DNA of 57,130 nt, filler included, from Sphacelaria rigidula (taxonomy: Eukaryota), in assembly GCA_964200075.2 (NCBI GenBank). It is 8 parts of 8 records of this genome, joined end to end, with 100 filler letters (N's around TTAATTAATTAA, not from the genome) between each part and the next. Parts side by side here need not be neighbours in the genome. Positions count along the whole stretch, not along the records: positions 21,463 to 28,516 come from CAXNAA020016738.1; positions 28,617 to 35,670 come from CAXNAA020016739.1; positions 35,771 to 42,824 come from CAXNAA020016740.1; 5 more parts are not named here. One strand, 5' to 3'. The notes beneath the pieces were generated by a model. That model saw only the letters and a program-made list of their open reading frames with translations. It did no database searches and was not told the origin of the DNA. Of the stretch, positions 26,741 to 39,914 are shown in pieces (position 1 is the stretch's first letter; each line of letters starts with the position of its first letter). Both the position numbers and the translations under genes were made by a program.

Positions 26741-28272
26741 CATTCCCATTTAAAAACCGTTCCGATACCTGCGCAGTACTTCGCATTGAGGATCTGACAC
26801 GGACGCCTGCCGTGGTTTCCGAGATAATGTACTCATATGAGGAAACCGAGAAGTAAGATCGAACCCAGAAATATTCAAACTGGCGCGACAAACAAAAACA
26901 GAACTAGATGCTGTTGACCTCATGAGTCCCGTGCCGCAGGCAACCGTTTGGACTACTGGAGGCAGAGCCCATGGTTTCCACTCGACACGCCATACCGGTC
27001 GGTAGCTTCAGCTTTCTGTGCCAACTGGCAGTATGAACGGGGGTGGCTCTCTGCCGCTGTCACATTTTACGTCCATCCAAGGTCCATCCGAGGCTTTGAC
27101 TTTTGACAAGTGTGTTTGTAGTCGTCCCATCTATTTTGGACGCCGGTCTTCACCTTTCGGTATATATATTATGTGGGCGCACCAGCAGGGGTCACGCAGA
27201 CGAGTGAGGCGCTGAATCACATTTATGCCACAATAGCAATACTTGCATGTGGTCATAACTACTGTACTGCGCGGTGCAGCAAAGAGCCAGGGGCACACGC
27301 TGGGTATGTGGGCACGCGCTCCCGTCCATGTTTGAATTGATCATACGACAGTTGAGACTTGTTGGAACAACTGGCCTGTTGTCAAGACACGTGGTTTCTC
27401 CGCAACAGACCGCTACTTTAGACGGGTACAGCATTTCGCAAAAGGCACCCAACCATCATGCGAATACTGCATACTACTACCTCAATTCCATGGCATACTT
27501 CCGAGCTATGGTGCGATGCCAGTGCATTATCCTACGACGGAAAAAATTGGGCTTGCTTGATGCGAAGTGAACGTTGATGCAGTGTAGTTGTACACGACTG
27601 GTGCTGTTGTATTGTTGATGTACTGTCGTTATTCGTCTTCCTGACTCAACCAACCAAAAAATTGCGATCCATCTTTTTACCGTACGAGTATCTGCGTGTG
27701 ACTCGAGGTGGGCGAGGAAGGCAAACTAAGGCAGCCTATGTCATACCTGCAGAAAAAAGATGAAGTAGGCAATATACCAGGCGTCTTTTGGTGGGGAGAC
27801 CATGATCTCAACGTGCTCAATGGTGCATGATGCGCCCCCCGTGTCAAGCGTCTGACTGCACCAAGATGCACCTATAACATAAGGTTCTAGCAAACGCCTT
27901 TTATGTTCATGGTTCTCCGTTCCGGTTCTAAACGTGAGTCTGCCAAACTAACTGGTCGTACCCCCAACTGCCGATTTGTAGTTTGTGGGCGGTCTGTTCG
28001 TCGAACGGGGTCGCTCTTGTCACTTCACACTCACATTGCGCCTGATGCTACAGGAATACGGGTAGCTGCTGCAGTGGACATAACCACCATACAGTCACGA
28101 AGCATATTGCGACAGAAAGACTCCATAGTCCTATATCCACATCGAACTTGTGGTTGAGGTGAGTTCAGCGTCCTCCTTGTTGGCTGCCTGTCTGCCGTCT
28201 AGTTGTTGACTGTGGATGATGCCAACAGCAGGCAATTTTTGGGATTCTCATCCATGAGGACCCACTTTTGAT

Positions 28273-28516
28273 CAGACCCACTTTTATGGCAAACGAATCT
28301 CGATTTTTTGGGACCCCGATTTTGGGAAAATTCGGGGGGACTCAAGTTCGTGAACTCAAAATCGGGGGGACCATTTTATGGCACAGACGGTACAGTATCA
28401 CAGATTTGTGAAACGGTTCTTTACAAAGACGGTCATTTTTTGCATGAGTGTGGTACTGCGTTTTCCTGCATGAAGCCGAAGAGCAGGCAGGCGGTAAACA
28501 ATCAAACAATCCTTCG
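28273..28516. mobile_element. Left arm of the same long-TIR family, cut by the contig end
   Basis: AGACCCACTTTTATGGCAAACGAATC ... GCAGGCGGTAAACAATC closely matches 45228-45455. Confidence 0.8.
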
Positions 28517-29096
28517 NNNNNNNNNNNNNNNNNNNNNNNNNNNNNNNNNNNNNNNNNNNNTTAATTAATTAANNNNNNNNNNNNNNNNNNNNNNNNNNNN
28601 NNNNNNNNNNNNNNNNCGTGAATTTGGTGATTTTGAGTCGTGATGATTTGTCCTAACCGTGAAATAATGCAATTTCAATCGATGGACCCCTCCGGCAGTC
28701 GAAGGGTTCAAAGGCGTGGTGGATGAGGTGTTCGCTACACTTGGGGGTAATTTGAAGAACGTAATTAATTGGCAGAGCAGAGTTTTGCACACCCCGGACA
28801 GAAGAACACACTGTCAAGAAGTGTACTGCGTACAGTATCGACTTTTGCGCCTATTGCAACAGACGACAGATTCCATACTATACGCAGTATGTTTTTTGAC
28901 AGTACAATCTGTTGTTCAGGGTGTGAGTTTTGAACTCATACTCAACAAAATCGGATATTGGGCAGAGTGTTGCGATCGTGCTTACCTCGATCCAATGTCC
29001 GGGTGGAGCTTGGAGATCGAACCATAGCAACTCAAAATTCGGAAGAGTAAATACTCTGCTATTTATCCAAACCAACACACCCCTTGAAAGGATCAA

Positions 29097-29203
29097 CCCT
29101 TGTGGAACCCATTGACGATTTTTGTTTTGTGAAACGGCATCATTTTCAAGACAAAATGATGCAGATTCACAGAAACAAAAATCGTCAACGGGTTCCCAAA
29201 GGG
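29097..29203. mobile_element. Hairpin MITE with CCC...GGG ends and decayed TTAA flanks
   Basis: CCCTTGTGGAACCCATTGACGATTTTTGTTT ... AAACAAAAATCGTCAACGGGTTCCCAAAGGG; flanks TCAA / TTAG. Confidence 0.7.
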
Positions 29204-29838
29204 TTAGCTTTTGACCGCTACTGTGGTAGGTCAATTGGGCCACGGACTTTTTATTCAAGTAGAGGTCGTGCCGATTCAACACATGACCTGCCCCGGCGGT
29301 CAAACAGTTGACCCTTTGGCCTCGAGCACAGGTCATCCTGTTGAATCAGCATTCAATTTTACGTGAACATATTATCGCATGGCCAGGTGACCTACCCTCA
29401 CGGTCGAGGGGTTCAACCCTTCCGCAGCCGGAGTCGTCCCTTCCTGGAATCAGCATCGCGTTCGACAGCGATCCTGTAGTGTGTGCTAAGGCCGTCCGTG
29501 TCTTAGCACACCATTTTTCGACCGAAAAAGTGCGGTGGAAAACAAATATTCCGATCTGATAGGTTGTGATTTCAATCATCTTCAAAATAAACTGCAATAT
29601 TTAGTTGAAAGCAAGACCGATCAGATCGGAGTTATCTTTTCCCACCGCACAAGTTTGATAGAAAAATTACGTACGTGCCAACACACGCCCTAGGGGCCCG
29701 TTCGAACGAGACAATAAAAGTGACAACGTCCCGTTAGAGTGAGAATTATTCTGACAGTTTCGTTTTTTTTCTTCTTCGTTTCATCCTTTCGATTGGGTGA
29801 GAGCTGATAGGCAACCAGTTGTAATGACGAAAGGAAAC

Positions 29839-29869
<31 letters not shown>

Positions 29870-31311
29870 ACCCCCCCCCCCACCCCCCCCCCCCCCCCGC
29901 CCCCCCCCCCCTCTCTTCTTTNNNNNNNNNNCCGTTTCTTTTTTTTCTTTCTTCCTTTCATCCTTTTGTTTGGGTGAGAGCTGACAGCCACCCAGTTGTA
30001 ATGACGAAAGGACCCCCCCCCCCCCCCCGTCCCCCGAGAAAAGCCAGAATCACTCGATCTCACTCTCGCGCAGCGTACTAACTTCTCTTTGTCTAGTTGA
30101 AACACGGCCTAATGATGGAACACGTAGCCACGGAGATGTAGCGAGACATAGCCAAGTCAAATCGTACGGCGCCCAACGGAAAGGTCCCCGGGCGAGAAAC
30201 ATGGCATACTACTGCAGCCCAATGACCGCCAGGGTAGATCCTCTGTTGGTCCCCGTCGCTTTTACTTGAACAATGGCTGCGTGACCCGGATGGCCGTGGT
30301 GGTTAAAGGGTTCGCCTCAGTCCAGTACTCGTAATCCATTTGAACCCTGCACATTGATTGATTTTATTGATTGTCGCACTTAAACTGACCCCCCAGGGGT
30401 TCAACCGTGGTCTCATGATAGACGTACCCAAAAAAAACGAAACTGAAACACGCTCTGAGAAAAAAAAAGAAGGAACAGAAAAAACATCATGTGGTCAATT
30501 GTTGCAATAGGCCTATACTTTACGGGGTACAATATTTTTTCTTCTGAAACTATCACGTATACAAGCTGGGCCAGCCTGAAAACGGATTTAAACTCTCGAA
30601 GCAGTATCTCATCGATGCAGACGAGTTGGGCCGTGATCCGCATGTCGTATTAATCGTCCAACCGAGGAGAAAGTGCCTAACTGCTAAAAAATCTGGGCCA
30701 ATATTTTCTCGTTGACTAAACCTCATGTGTAGTAATTTCAATACCGTACGGAGATAGCATCCACACTAAAATCCGTAAGAAACCCGAACGATACATCCAG
30801 CGGATGATGACGATTTCTGGTGTGGACCTTCCCTGGAGCACGGGGAAACGATAGATACCCTTCACCTTCACCTGATTCGTTATCTGTCTCGAGATATGGC
30901 GCACATAAGTTTCCGTACTAATGATGTCATTATATAATATATTACGAGCAGAGGCACTGGATGCTTTAAATCTGGGAATCGCGTCTCAGTTTTTGAGAGT
31001 TGTGTGTGTGTGTGTGTGTGTGTTGTCCCATCTATTCTGGACGCCGGTGTACACCTCACGATATATGTGGGCGCCCCAGCCGGGGTCACACAGGAGAAAG
31101 TCGACATTGGAGCTTTTCTTCGTGCTACTGTGCATAATAATGAAAGAAAACAGCGTTGTACCTTCTTTTTCGTTTATATCCCGTGTTTTTAGTGAAGCTT
31201 TGACGAGAAATGGGCACTGCTCTTAGGCCTTTATGAAATTTCTAGAATTGGGATTTGAAACTTAGCATGGAGAACCACAAAGGTATGCTGAAGAAAAAAC
31301 AATGGGCCTTC

Positions 31312-31355
<44 letters not shown>

Positions 31356-34300
31356 GGGTCCGAGCAAAGTAGCGTGTATTGGATCANNNNNNNNNNGCGT
31401 GAGGGGTGGGGGTCAGGTCGAGGGGGACGTTCGTTGGGTTGGGGGGGGGGGGAGGGGGGGGGGGGGGGGGTTCGGGCGTTCTCGTAAAAAATGGTCGTTT
31501 CCATACTAAAACACCCTAAACCAGGGAAAAAAATAAATCAAAACCAGCCTGATCCATTTTTCTTCGTTCGTCATGACCTAGCGAGGTCCCTCACAAAATT
31601 TCAATACACAAACACCAAACGTGGGCCGGTAAACGGCCTGCAAAATACTGTACATTGGCAAACAAGTTTCAAGTATGGGAGTTCCCATCTGCTCGGTGTG
31701 CTCAGCTTCTGCCATTTTGGTTTACAGGTAAATTTTGCCTCCTTGAACCAGCCATTTTCCATTTTTCTGGGGAGAGGGGGCTATAGCGGCAGCACTCGGA
31801 CGTGGGTACTATCGAGAGTAAATTGTCGGACATGTCCGTCTCGAAAGGGATGCGTGGTCAATGGTCACACGACTAAGGCAAGCAACAAATGAGTACGCCC
31901 CCCCCCCCTCCCTCCCCGAGAGCAATTTTTCGATTCTTCTTCAGAAACTGTCATGATTTTTTAGTCTTTTTTTGTTGGATGTTTTGGTCGAAAGAAAAAT
32001 TGATCAACAAACACTGACAAAAACCGAAAAGTCTGGCGGGCTTTGCGGGGTTCGTATATCTGCTTCTGCTCCTTGCCCTCCCTGTCTCGATGACCTCGGA
32101 TGTCGGCAACGCTCACACACTTTCCTGTACAATAGACGAGCGCACGGTAGTGACAGCCTGTCGCCAAAGTAGCAAGATTATCTCACGTCTCGCCAAATTT
32201 GCCCGGACTAGTGGTAAGTAGTCGAGGCACACGACACGGAACACGATCCCGTAAATGTAATCATGGTGGGTGATAAGTTTCGAGTGGCAGTGTGTCCGCC
32301 AGCGGTCTGTATGCCATGGATCTCTGTAAACGGTAGCTGACCACGTCCGCCAATGCCTCGGCAATGAACGAGGGGACAGCAGGCTGCGTGTCCCCCCCCC
32401 CCTCAAAAGCTCGAATTTTCGATCATGGGGCCTACGTGTCCCGAAATGTATTTTTGACAGACCCCTGGTACTGCCGCAAATAATGCTTGTAAGGCGACAG
32501 TCGACTTGATGGCGTGCCCGCGGACATGTGATATGTCTCGTAGGAAGGAACTGGATGGGTCTTGGGAGATTGCAAGACTCAAGATTGAGACGTGCGTTGA
32601 CGGAAGGGGGGGGGGGGCGCTCATCGACAACGAGGATGGCAACCACCCGGACAGGTATGTAACAGGACAGCGCACAACACGGATAGCCGGCTTGTAAGTA
32701 GGCGTTCCGGGTACAACGAAGGCCATAATCCACAGGCGTGGTACATAGCAGGTGTATCTCGGGTGTATCACATCTTTTCCTTCCGATACTGTATACTTCA
32801 GCTGACGATGACAAAAATGTTGGCATGCTGCGGTGAAAAGGTCATCTGGAAGTGCAGTAGGTCATTTTTCGAGCGAGCTTGATGCTGATTCAGCAGATTA
32901 CCCGTGCTCGCGATCATTTTTTTTTCTTCCCGTAACATAATCGAGGTGTGCCCCTCACAGCGAGGAGAAAGAACGAAACCATATGCCTATCCAACGAAAA
33001 TAGCCACACCGTCTGTACAAAGTACAGATGGGCAAGAACTGTAATAGTTGGACTCGGCCCTGTTGGCTCAAAACCGGTCAGGGGTTTCCATTCCTGGATT
33101 AACTTCCATACTAGTATGCCTCATTCTCAACGTCCACCTGTACATGCGGAGTAGGCGTACCATGCTAATTGAAACACATTGCTAGCGCCGCCAGAGCGCC
33201 AACGGTCCATCCTTCATCCTTCATTCAGTCCATGCTCCGAATAGTGGGTAACAACAGTAGCCAATCAGATGGCCGTGGACGCGAAATTTTGAGGGGCGGA
33301 CGCCCAGTAAGATTTTTTCACCACTACAGCAGTACACGGCAGCACAGTACATACAGTACGCGCAACGATAGCAACAATGTGCCGTCTTCTTGCCTTTTTT
33401 TTCTTCTTGTGTCAAATGGAATGAAGAATCGAATCTTTATTCATTCCTTGATGATAATGTGTGATCAGTCAGTAATCGACGAGCGCAAACCCCTTCGGCC
33501 GCGAGTGCAAGTCATCCATTTGTTAAATCGGCATCAATTTCACCTCAAAATAATGGACGTGACCCAGATGGCCTACCCTTCCTCACTCAAACAAAGTATG
33601 TTTTTCAAGTGCTGAGCTAACCGGAAGGGTAGGCGTCATGTGATATGCATTCCCGCCCTAATTTTTCAAATGGAAGTGATGCCGAATCAACAGCTGAACT
33701 GCACTTGCGATGGAACGGTTCATCGACTCAATCAACTACAGAGAGGAAAAAAAAGAAGTTCATGAGACAAAGTAATAGTAGAGTTGATGGAGTGTATCCG
33801 TTTCCCCCACTTGCAGCCCTCTCTCCCCTCGACAAACTAAGCTTCTGAATTCTCCAACCTCGGGCGAATGATATCTGATGTCGGAGATATCCACGTCGCG
33901 GTATCTTTCACCAGGACCGGCCTCGTACACCATTACATTTTTATTGGAATTGAGAAATCGAATACTTAATTTTTTCTTCATCTCCATGCGGGAATAACAC
34001 AAGTACAAACGGTGGTACTGTCTGTACATGGTATGTGTGCACGAGGTGGCAAGAAAAAAACACGCACGTTCGGAATCGTACATAAAGCACCTGTACGAGT
34101 TAACCTGAAGGTCAGCGCTACCCTGCTATTGCACTCTACTATCACCACCATGCTGCCTGTCTCCGCGTACATCGCAGCCAAGCCTTATCCCCGAACCGTC
34201 GATTATGATGATAGAGTTATATTGAACTTGAATGCTACACGGGGTATCATCCCCAGCGCTTGTCCTGTACACAGACAGTGAGTATAAATTGTAAATTGCA

Positions 34301-35606
34301 ACCCGGGTGTGGATTACAGACGGCACTGACTGTTTTGACCGTCGTGAAACAGTGCGGTAAGAGGAGAGCAGGGGAACAACATGGCGGTTGTTCTATTTGC
34401 CGACTCTAGATGCCTCGGAAACACAACAGCATGGAACAAACCCAGCACGAAACCCAACCTGCCCTTGTGGGAAAGATTCGACGTGGCGTGTTGTGCTATG
34501 ATCGGTGCTGTGCAGGCAAAAAGGGACTAAACGATGTTTTTTCGTACATCACTTGCGTACAATCTATCTTCCCGCCACGTTCTAGGTGGCCGACTCTGAA
34601 CTGCCACGTGACCCCCTCTCCTCCCATCCCCGCTCCACCTCCAGGTTTTCTTTTATGCACACAGCCACTGAGGGTATAGGTTCCTAACCTCGTGTTTTCG
34701 CAACAAACGGTGAATTACTGTAAGTATAAACCCGCCAAATGTTTTCACCTGATTCTTCCTCGGGGACTATATTCCCCGTCACACTACTGTAATGTACTGA
34801 TGTTGTCTGTACTACAGTCTGCACTTTTCATCAGGAGCATAACAAGAAACCAGTGTATATCAAGCCGCGGCTTCGGGGGTAAGTCTGCCGCTTGCTTCTA
34901 CTGCTGCTGCTGCAGCCGCAGCCGCAGCTGCTGTTGTACGGAGACATCGCGACCCACGAGTGCGTACCATGCTGCTCCGTCTTGCGCTTCGCTTTAGACT
35001 GTCGGACGAACAGCTGGTGTAAAACTACAGCGTTGATGGCTTCTCGAATACGAACAAAAATTATGCAGACTGTGCCGAGGGCATGTGAGATAACAGCAGC
35101 GACTCTGATGCCATGGCTACTGCTCTTCAAGCAGTCCTACTGCTGGACTATACTTGACTGCATACGTGTACGAGGGGAGCGCGCAGAGACTTCATGAGCT
35201 GGCGAACCGAGGGTCCGGGGTGCCGTCATGGATAAATCATATCGTGCCCACCTGTAGACAAAATAGAAGGCCTTGGGGTGGCACGCAAATAGTATCCCTG
35301 ATGCCTCCGCTCTCACCAGCTGCAATGGGCTCTCTCCAACTGCGTCACTGTTGTAAAACTCAGGAGCAACGCGCTTACTCTCTCCTCCACCAGTCCACCG
35401 CGCACAAAAATAGGAGGCTAAAACAACAAGCGCCGGCCACAGAGAGACCCCGACACCGAGAAAGACCCTCCGTTCTCTGTCTTGTTGTGGACTTGACAAA
35501 AAATAGTCCCACACTATCCTACCTCTCGACTTGATCGACTCGCTGTCGGAAGAGCGTTCCGAGCGGTACCAACACAATGAAATTGTGAAATATCCGAGTG
35601 TACAGT

Positions 35607-35670
35607 ACCGGTCGCCCCGGTGGCTCAGTTGGTAACCTCGTAACCTTCTGATGATTGAGTAGGGGGGTTC
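35607..35670 (+). mobile_element. tRNA-derived SINE head, truncated by the contig end
   Basis: Near-identical to 49886-49949. Confidence 0.65.
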
Positions 35671-36189
35671 NNNNNNNNNNNNNNNNNNNNNNNNNNNNNN
35701 NNNNNNNNNNNNNNTTAATTAATTAANNNNNNNNNNNNNNNNNNNNNNNNNNNNNNNNNNNNNNNNNNNNCTGAAACGATTCAGTCACTGATTGACCGCT
35801 TTTCACTCTCAATCGTATCATCTACTCTCAATCTCATGAAAACACTGTTTGTAGTCGTTTGACCATTGACCATACATCCCGTTCGAGACAGAGCACCGCT
35901 CCTACTCCTAATAGAAACACTTCCAACAGTTCGGTGTCGATTACGTTGCTTCCATACATTACATAAAACACATTTTACATTCTATCCTTTGTTGAGAGTG
36001 GTGGGCACATTCGGTAGATCTCCGCTGTGCTTTTTGGTCAGATATGCCAAACACCCGACATGAAAGAACGAAGTGCCCAGACATCATCAGGCAGCCCCGT
36101 ACCTCCAGCAAGAGCTTTCCACCATAAACCTTTACATTTGACGTCGTACCGACCCAAATGACAAGGAAGAGGAGCGTACGTTTGGTTGT

Positions 36190-36285
36190 TTAGGGTTAAG
36201 GGTTAGGGTTAACCCTAACCCTAACCATAGGGGTGTTCACATTCCGATGCGGTCCTCTGAGCACGCGGTCCTCTCACGCATTACA
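36190..36285. mobile_element. Partial copy of the same MITE, with a head-to-head TTAGGG/CCCTAA junction
   Basis: AGGGTTAGGGTT|AACCCTAACCCT followed by a TIR ending CACGCATTACA. Confidence 0.7.
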
Positions 36286-37172
36286 GCGCTGACGGTGGTC
36301 CGTCGTATGTTTGAGCGTGGGCGCATTATCTGATTATGTTGATTTCTCTACAGTGTATCGTTCCTTTGTTTTCGACCGTAATACTGCCATGTCTCCTCTT
36401 TTCTTTTCCTATTTTGGTTTTCAAGTTTGAATCTTCAAATGCCTGGTCATTCGCACGACTGCACGTACTGTACACACGACAGATCGTAAAAATGATTGAA
36501 CGCCGGCTTGAGTCTTCCCGGCAGTTCGCAGACAAAATTATATCGGGTACCCTTGGTTCCATATATGTATGCACGAATACATGGACAAACAAGATAGTTC
36601 ACCACGGCCGCCGAAGGCAGGCGTACATTTGTGTGCCTATATGTATGTATAACAGGTTTACACCGCGGCCCGGGCAATCCATACGTTTGTCTAGCTTGAC
36701 AAGCTTTCGTTTTACTGTACACAGACTGATGGCTCGTTTCATTTGAAAATACAACGTTTACGTAACGTTTCGGCCAAAATGTAGCGTGAACGTCACGTGT
36801 AACGTTGTGGCACGTATCAGGTGTAGGCCCTGGGTTATTGAAGCACAATCTTCTAGGATATCAAAACTCATCCGAAACTTCAAGTGTGCACCGCTTCATA
36901 TAACGTGTTTATGACCTTTTATGTAACGCGGAATGTAGTATGGATTGTTTCACTGAACGCGAAACGTCTGATGCACATGTAACACCTGATAGACGTTGAA
37001 CGTCCCATGAAACGTTTCATATCATGTGTTTTGAACGTTCGGACAATTAAACGTTCACGTTACGTTTCGTTTCGCACTTTGAAAAACTTTGACGTTACGT
37101 CAACGTTTCATATGAACATTTAACGCTAAGTTCAAGTTTCGTTCAGCACGTACATAAAATTAACGTTCACGT

Positions 37173-37383
37173 TGTAATGCGTGAGAGGACCGCGTGCTTA
37201 GAGGACCGCATCTGAATTTGAACATCCCTATGGTTGGGGTTAAAGTTAGGGTTAGTGTTGAGGTTAGGGTCAGGGGCGTGGTTCCTGCAGGGACTGGCCC
37301 GATTGGCTTTGGAAAACGCCGATCCTGCGGTGTTCTGGACTACGGCGCGGTCCTCTAAGCTCGCGGTCCTCTCACGCATTACA
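37173..37383. mobile_element. TGT...ACA MITE with 5-bp TSD and internal TTAGGG-like repeats
   Basis: CACGT|TGTAATGCGTGAGAGGACCGCG ... CGCGGTCCTCTCACGCATTACA|CACGT; TIR about 37 bp. Confidence 0.85.
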
Positions 37384-38340
37384 CACGTTACGTTTGGGCC
37401 GAAACGTAACGTGAACGTAACGTGTAAGGTTGTGGCACATGTAGCTTGCAGATCCCTGGCTATTTCGATAGTGCTACAGAAATTACGTGATGATTGATTC
37501 CGCTGGGTTGAAGTTCCCGAAGACCACTAGTTTTGATGACGTAGTGTGGACCGATTTTGATGAGCAATGTTCCAATTATCTTCTCTCCGGCGGCGCCTCT
37601 AGTGGATTCTCTGGTGGTGTCCCCTCGCCAACCCGAGGGGAGCGGTGGAAGCTCACACACCGACTTCCCTCGGCTTCGCTCGATCGCTGACTTTGCTCGC
37701 CGATATGTATAGCACTTATTGCTCCCGATACATAACCCCAGGATACTGAATTTTCACCAGTTGATAGTCAATCATGGACAAAAACTAAAAGAGAGTACGT
37801 CTTGCCCTCGGAAGAGTCGTGATCACCTACATACCCCCCTTGTGTTGTCAAGTGCTTTGCATTATTGTTGCATATGCCACTGGGTAAAGGTAAAATCAGT
37901 GTATCCTCTGGTGTGCGAAGTGACGAGCAAGGGCACTGTAGTACTGTACTGTGTGTTGCATTTAGCCGCTGATGAACAACGTTCGTCTCTATGGTGCGCT
38001 GTACAACATCAACGCGATGTCGTAAAGAGCAAAGGTGGTAAGGATAGGGTACGGTTTCCTGGTTTACCCCGATGTGCACGAGTACTTGAGTATTCACCAC
38101 TCCAGGGTATCCGGGATATCGACTACCGACAGCACGCAGTGCTCCAGCGTATGCAGAGTAGGGCCTGTCGAAAATGCTCAGTATTCCAGGGTACCCAGGG
38201 TATCGACACCCCAGACACCTCATGACTGTCGTGTGATCAGACTACCAAGTGACGAAAGTACAGAGCACCACCGGGAACCACGGGTACTCGTTCCCCGAAT
38301 TTCCTGGTGTAGTTACCGACGTGCCGAGGTTGGCAGTCGG

Positions 38341-38936
38341 TGTAATGCGTGAGAGGACCGCGTGCTTAGAGGACCGCATTGGAATTTGAACATCCCTGTG
38401 GTTAGGGTTAGTGTTAGTGTTGGGGTTATGGTCGGTACACTTTGGCACATACCCATGCTTATTCTGACGTCATAGATATAGATTTAACCACCCGTTTCAT
38501 GTTCAGATTGTGCATCACATTGCAGCATATCGATTTCATCGAGCACGCCTATTAGCGCTTCTCCTGGGTGCAGCTGGTGCTGGAACGCACCCTTGAGATT
38601 GTTTGTGTCCTCCCGCAGGCACACTAGTGAAGATACGTCTGAAGGACGCGTTTTCTGTATTTCGAGGTCATTAGGATCGACCCCCAGAGTCCTACGCGTA
38701 TGAAGCAGAAAACATCTAAACTGAAACACGCGCTGATCCTTTGACCGTCAGGGCGCTCATCATTTCGAATCGGCACTTTGGGTTAGGGTTAGGGTTAGGG
38801 GTTGGGTTAAGGTGAGGTTTAGGGTCAGGGGCGCAATCCCTGCAGGAGCTGGTCCGAGTGGTCTTTGAAAAACGTCGATGCTGAGTTCAAATTCCGATGC
38901 GATTCAAAACGCACGCGGTCCTTCCACTCTCGCGCA
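38341..38936. mobile_element. Same MITE family, split copy or two partial copies
   Basis: Left TIR at 38341-38433; TTAGGG repeats and body at about 38780-38936. Confidence 0.6.
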
Positions 38937-39697
38937 ACTTGTTGGGTGAGTAAAGGGGTGGAGGAAGTCTGCTTTCAAGGAAAAATCAGCATCCAAGAAG
39001 TCTGTATCCATCTGACTCTGTAGAAATGTTTGGTGTGTGGTGTTTGGCTTTTAGCAGGCACTTACGTAGCGTACGTTTATACGCATGACGACGTCCTCTG
39101 TCATGATAATGTGTACTGTCGTACTATCGGTACTCTGTAAGTACTTTGGCTACGTATGGGTTGTCGCAAGGAGTAAACAACTCACGATAACAACGTAAAA
39201 GGTACATAACAATGATGCTACTTCTTCACGGAATGTGTGACCTCGCACCCTGGTGGTATCAGAACCAGTCCCTCTTGTCAACAGGCCGAACTTCTCCCCC
39301 AAACCATGTTCCCTTATATGGCTATTTCCAGAGCTCTATACTTTCACGTTCACGTTCACGTTCACGTTACGTTCATCATGTTTGTAAAATCTACCGTTCA
39401 CGTTACGCTTTGTTTGGTACGTTTTAAAACATAACATCACGCCGGCGTTTCCTTTGAAAAGTTGACGTTACGTTCACGTTTCGTTTGGCACGTTAGATCA
39501 TATTAAGGTCACATTTCGTTACACGTAACTGTATATGAAACGTTCAATGGAACGTGTAACGTTTGACATAACGTTTCATTGACGCATGGCACGTTTGAAT
39601 GTGACCTTTAATTCGGTGCATGTCCCGTGTCATTTACTAGTGTTTGAGGCGTCGTCACGTGTCGTGTAACGCGTCACATTACCGTGTACGTGGCGCT

Positions 39698-39914
39698 TGT
39701 ACTGCGTGAGAAGACCGCGTGCTTAGAGGACCGCGCTATAGTCTAAAACACCTCAGGATCGACGTTTTTCAAAACCAATAAGGGCAGTCCCTGGAGGTAC
39801 CACGCCCCTGACCCTAACCACAACACTAACCCTAACCCTAACCCTAACCCTAACCATAGGGGTGATTAATCTACGATGCGGTCCAAAAAAGACGTGGTTC
39901 TCCCATGCATTACA
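39698..39914. mobile_element. Same telomere-repeat MITE family, opposite orientation
   Basis: TGTACTGCGTGAGAAGACCGCG ... CATTACA with (CTAACC)n at about 39826-39856. Confidence 0.8.

Noticed and set aside
29745..30030. Apparent tandem duplication on either side of a 10-N gap
   Set aside because: Probably the same locus assembled twice around a poly-C tract; it cannot be trusted without reads.
32113..32826. 237-aa ORF
   Set aside because: No recognisable domain or splice structure, and the composition is typical of a chance ORF.
35607..35670. Functional tRNA gene
   Set aside because: The A box is present, but the D-stem does not pair and the 5' flank is shared with the second copy, which fits a SINE better.
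39826..39856. True telomere or chromosome end
   Set aside because: The array is short, internal and enclosed by MITE TIRs.
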